Shown piece by piece: positions 34,242 through 36,555 of a stretch of DNA of 36,555 nt. Every line of letters begins with the position of its first letter. The stretch's first letter is position 1. The stretch covers positions 1 to 36,555 of the forward strand of contig JAZUFN010000279.1 in the NCBI GenBank assembly GCA_045640725.1, read 5' to 3'. Source of the DNA: Lachnospiraceae bacterium. Lineage in GTDB: Bacteria > Bacillota > Clostridia > Lachnospirales > Lachnospiraceae. The position numbers and the translations under genes were made by a program. Below the pieces are notes generated by a model that did not search any database, was not told where the DNA came from, and saw only the letters and a list, made by a program, of their open reading frames with translations.

Positions 34242-35174
34242 ATGTTCGGTGATGTAGCGGCCTCAATTGAAAAAATAGTATCCTGGTTGCACTTCCCCAA
34301 GATGGAGATTCTGGATTTTGTGGAAATAATCATTGTAGCTTTACTTATCTACTATGTAGTAAAGTGGATTAAAAACACAAGAGCCTGGGTCATCGTTAAG
34401 GGACTTGTTGTGCTGGTGTTTTTTTGGGCGGTAGCGTCTTTCCTGCAGCTGGATGTTATTCTTTGGATATTTAAGAATACTATCGGCGTAGGTATTACAG
34501 CCTTGATTATCCTGTTTCAGCCGGAGCTCAGACGAGTACTGGAAAGCTTGGGCGGACGTAAGTTTATGAATCTTGGGCTTTTCTCCGATTCAAAGGAGAA
34601 GATTAACGATTTTTCTGAAAACACGGTGGATGAGCTGGTGGAAGCCTGCTTTAAAATGGGTGCAGTGAAAACAGGCGCACTTATTGTTATAGAGCAGAAT
34701 ATTCCTTTAGGTGAATTTGAAAGTACAGGAATAAATGTTGATGGCTTGGTATCAGCCGGACTTCTTATCAATATCTTTGAACATAATACGCCCCTTCATG
34801 ATGGTGCAGTGATTATCAGAGGCAATCGAATTACATCAGCTACATGTTATTTGCCGCTTTCTGATATGAAGACGATTTCCAAAGAGCTGGGCACACGTCA
34901 TCGTGCGGGCTTGGGTGCCAGTGAGGTAACAGATGCAGTGGTTCTTATTGTGTCTGAAGAGACCGGTAAAGTGTCTGTTGCCAGAAATGGTATGCTTCGT
35001 CGAGGTATCAATGGCGAAGAGCTTCGCTCTGTGCTTATGTCTCTGGTGCCAAAGGCTGAAAATGAGAGCAAGAGTAAGAAGTTGAATAATAAATTCAATG
35101 AGACAAAGAACAAAATTAATAAGAAGAATTCGAAAGCAAAAAGTAAAAATGCAAAGCAGGAGGTAAAGCCATGA
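34242..35174 (+). CDS. cdaA: membrane-bound diadenylate cyclase
   Basis: Three N-terminal TM segments, LFQPELRRVLESLG, and DAC-domain motifs HDGAVIIRGNRI and GTRHRAGLG. It carries an unusual Lys/Asn-rich C-terminal tail of about 40 aa. Confidence 0.92.
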   Translation: MFGDVAASIEKIVSWLHFPKMEILDFVEIIIVALLIYYVVKWIKNTRAWVIVKGLVVLVFFWAVASFLQLDVILWIFKNTIGVGITALIILFQPELRRVLESLGGRKFMNLGLFSDSKEKINDFSENTVDELVEACFKMGAVKTGALIVIEQNIPLGEFESTGINVDGLVSAGLLINIFEHNTPLHDGAVIIRGNRITSATCYLPLSDMKTISKELGTRHRAGLGASEVTDAVVLIVSEETGKVSVARNGMLRRGINGEELRSVLMSLVPKAENESKSKKLNNKFNETKNKINKKNSKAKSKNAKQEVKP

Positions 35175-36439
35175 AAATAGCCAAGACACTCCTGGAAAAA
35201 TTAAAGCATAACTTTTTATTGAAGGTTCTCTCTGTATTTATTGCTTTCCTTATGTGGATGGCAGTAATAAATACCGAAGACCCGGTGATTCAGACTACCA
35301 TTAAAAATGTTCCTGTTACTATTCAGAATCAGAACGTTATTATGGAAAGCGGTAAGATTCCCGAGATTTTGAGCGGAGAGACCATTGACGTAGTAGTTCA
35401 GGCCAGAAAGTCTATCTGCGATAAGCTTACAAGAGATGATATTATAGCTATAGCGGATTTTGAAAAGCTATCTATCACCAATACAGTTCCTATCGATGTG
35501 TCAGTAAAGAACTACAATGTTAATGAAGCTGATATTGTGAGGGGACAGAATCAATATGTAAAGCTGTCATTGGATGATTTTCAGACAAAAGAATTCCGTG
35601 TGAAGGTCCTGGTGAACGGAGAGCCACGAGAGGGCTATGTGGTAGCTTCAAATGTTGCCAGCCCCAATGTGATTACTGTTTCAGGATCCAAAACTCAGCT
35701 TAGTAAGATTAAAGATATAATAGTCACTGTTAATGCCACAGACAGACATGATGAATTCTCATCTATTGTACAGCCTGTAGCTATTGACGGAAACGGGGAT
35801 ATAGTACCGGATGATAAGATCGCTATCTCTACTGATTCCATAACTGTAAACACTCTTATTTATGCTACAAAAGAGCTGACGGTGAATGTAGAGTTATTGG
35901 GTCAGCCTCATGAAGATTATGAGATAACCGGAGTATCTGTGCAGCCTACCAAGGTGCATGTTGCAGGCCTTAGGGAAGAGCTGAAGCTTATTCCTACTGT
36001 TATTACCAAACAGATTGATGTAGAAGGCGCTACAGCCTCTGTTGAAGCCAATATCAATGTGCTGGACCTTATCGATAAAGAACTTATGAGCATAATTGTA
36101 GTAGATGACGGCACATTGGCTATTAAGGTAGATGTAGAGAGACAGCAGACTGAGCAAAAAGTACTTCCTGCCAACTATATTACCATCAAAGGCCTTGATA
36201 AAAATCTGACTGCCGATATTGTTTCCATCGACCAGCATATGATTAGGATTCAGGGTACAAGAGAGGCTTTGTCAGATCTTACTGCTCTGTCTCTGGGGGC
36301 ATATATTGACTTGTCAGAGTTTACTGAAGCAGGTGAATTCCAGACCATACCGGTTGTTTTTGATACAATGTATGGTATGAAGGTGCTTACCGAAGTAACA
36401 GCTAATGTCAAGATAACTGAAGTTTCTTCGAATGAATAA
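35171..36439 (+). CDS. cdaR: CdaA regulatory protein with YbbR-like repeats
   Basis: An ATGA overlap with the cdaA stop, with AGGAGG 7 nt upstream. It has an N-terminal TM anchor and repeated beta-rich YbbR-type modules (V..P..V.V.G). Confidence 0.85.
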   Translation: MKIAKTLLEKLKHNFLLKVLSVFIAFLMWMAVINTEDPVIQTTIKNVPVTIQNQNVIMESGKIPEILSGETIDVVVQARKSICDKLTRDDIIAIADFEKLSITNTVPIDVSVKNYNVNEADIVRGQNQYVKLSLDDFQTKEFRVKVLVNGEPREGYVVASNVASPNVITVSGSKTQLSKIKDIIVTVNATDRHDEFSSIVQPVAIDGNGDIVPDDKIAISTDSITVNTLIYATKELTVNVELLGQPHEDYEITGVSVQPTKVHVAGLREELKLIPTVITKQIDVEGATASVEANINVLDLIDKELMSIIVVDDGTLAIKVDVERQQTEQKVLPANYITIKGLDKNLTADIVSIDQHMIRIQGTREALSDLTALSLGAYIDLSEFTEAGEFQTIPVVFDTMYGMKVLTEVTANVKITEVSSNE

Positions 36440-36449
36440 GTGTAAAAAG

Positions 36450-36486
36450 GAAGAGTGAAGAGAAATAGGTTCACTCTTCTTTTTTT
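36450..36486 (+). terminator. intrinsic terminator after cdaR
   Basis: GAAGAGTGAA-gagaaatagg-TTCACTCTTC followed by T7. Confidence 0.88.
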
Positions 36487-36555
36487 AGGCTGGAGAGTGC
36501 GAAAAGGCTCTTAGGATTATATAAATCCCCAATATTTGATAATTTTGTCACAAAT

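Noticed and set aside
1-36555. A search for mobile elements, prophage remnants, toxin-antitoxin pairs, restriction-modification or other defence systems, and tRNA/rRNA genes.
   Set aside because: I saw no integrase, transposase or recombinase-like ORFs, no long terminal inverted repeats, no small paired ORFs and no cloverleaf-like sequences. The dnaD-like/dnaI-like pair can be phage-borne elsewhere, but here it is flanked by murC and prs with no phage genes.

Overview
This 36.5-kb window is a chromosomal segment from a Firmicute. Gene content suggests Clostridia, possibly Lachnospiraceae, but that is inference only. It is densely coding and mostly housekeeping.

Gene order:
- a 5'-truncated degenerate AAA+ (SpoVK-like) gene, convergent with a small Ig-like-domain gene
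- murA
- an HD-GYP phosphodiesterase (minus strand)
- metK (minus strand), preceded by a clear SAM-I (S-box) riboswitch with its own terminator
- a histidine kinase and OmpR-type response regulator pair
- a class I/II aminotransferase followed by a single-polypeptide ABC ATPase plus FtsX-type permease
- asnS
- an orphan GH51 arabinofuranosidase
- a class A penicillin-binding protein
- a minus-strand block of prs, a dnaI-like helicase loader, a dnaD/dnaB(Bsu)-like gene and murC
- malQ and glgP
- an archaeal-type proS
- cca
- a PEGA-domain membrane protein with a Pro/Thr repeat tail
- pgcA
- two uncharacterised membrane proteins
- cdaA and cdaR

I saw no rRNA or tRNA genes, CRISPR arrays, transposases, integrases or recognisable defence systems.

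I cannot show that any of these is a novel system. The items most worth follow-up are:
1. Two identical 24-bp modules, each a tandem pair of DnaA boxes, sit around a phased A-tract spacer upstream of the helicase-loader operon.
2. The c-di-AMP locus is non-canonical. Two unknown membrane proteins are translationally coupled upstream of cdaA-cdaR, pgcA lies upstream, and a terminator follows cdaR where glmM normally sits.
3. A 14-nt motif with 13/14 identity occurs upstream of both the two-component operon and the aminotransferase/fused-ABC operon.

Several ORF-track starts were trimmed to internal ATGs that have Shine-Dalgarno support.
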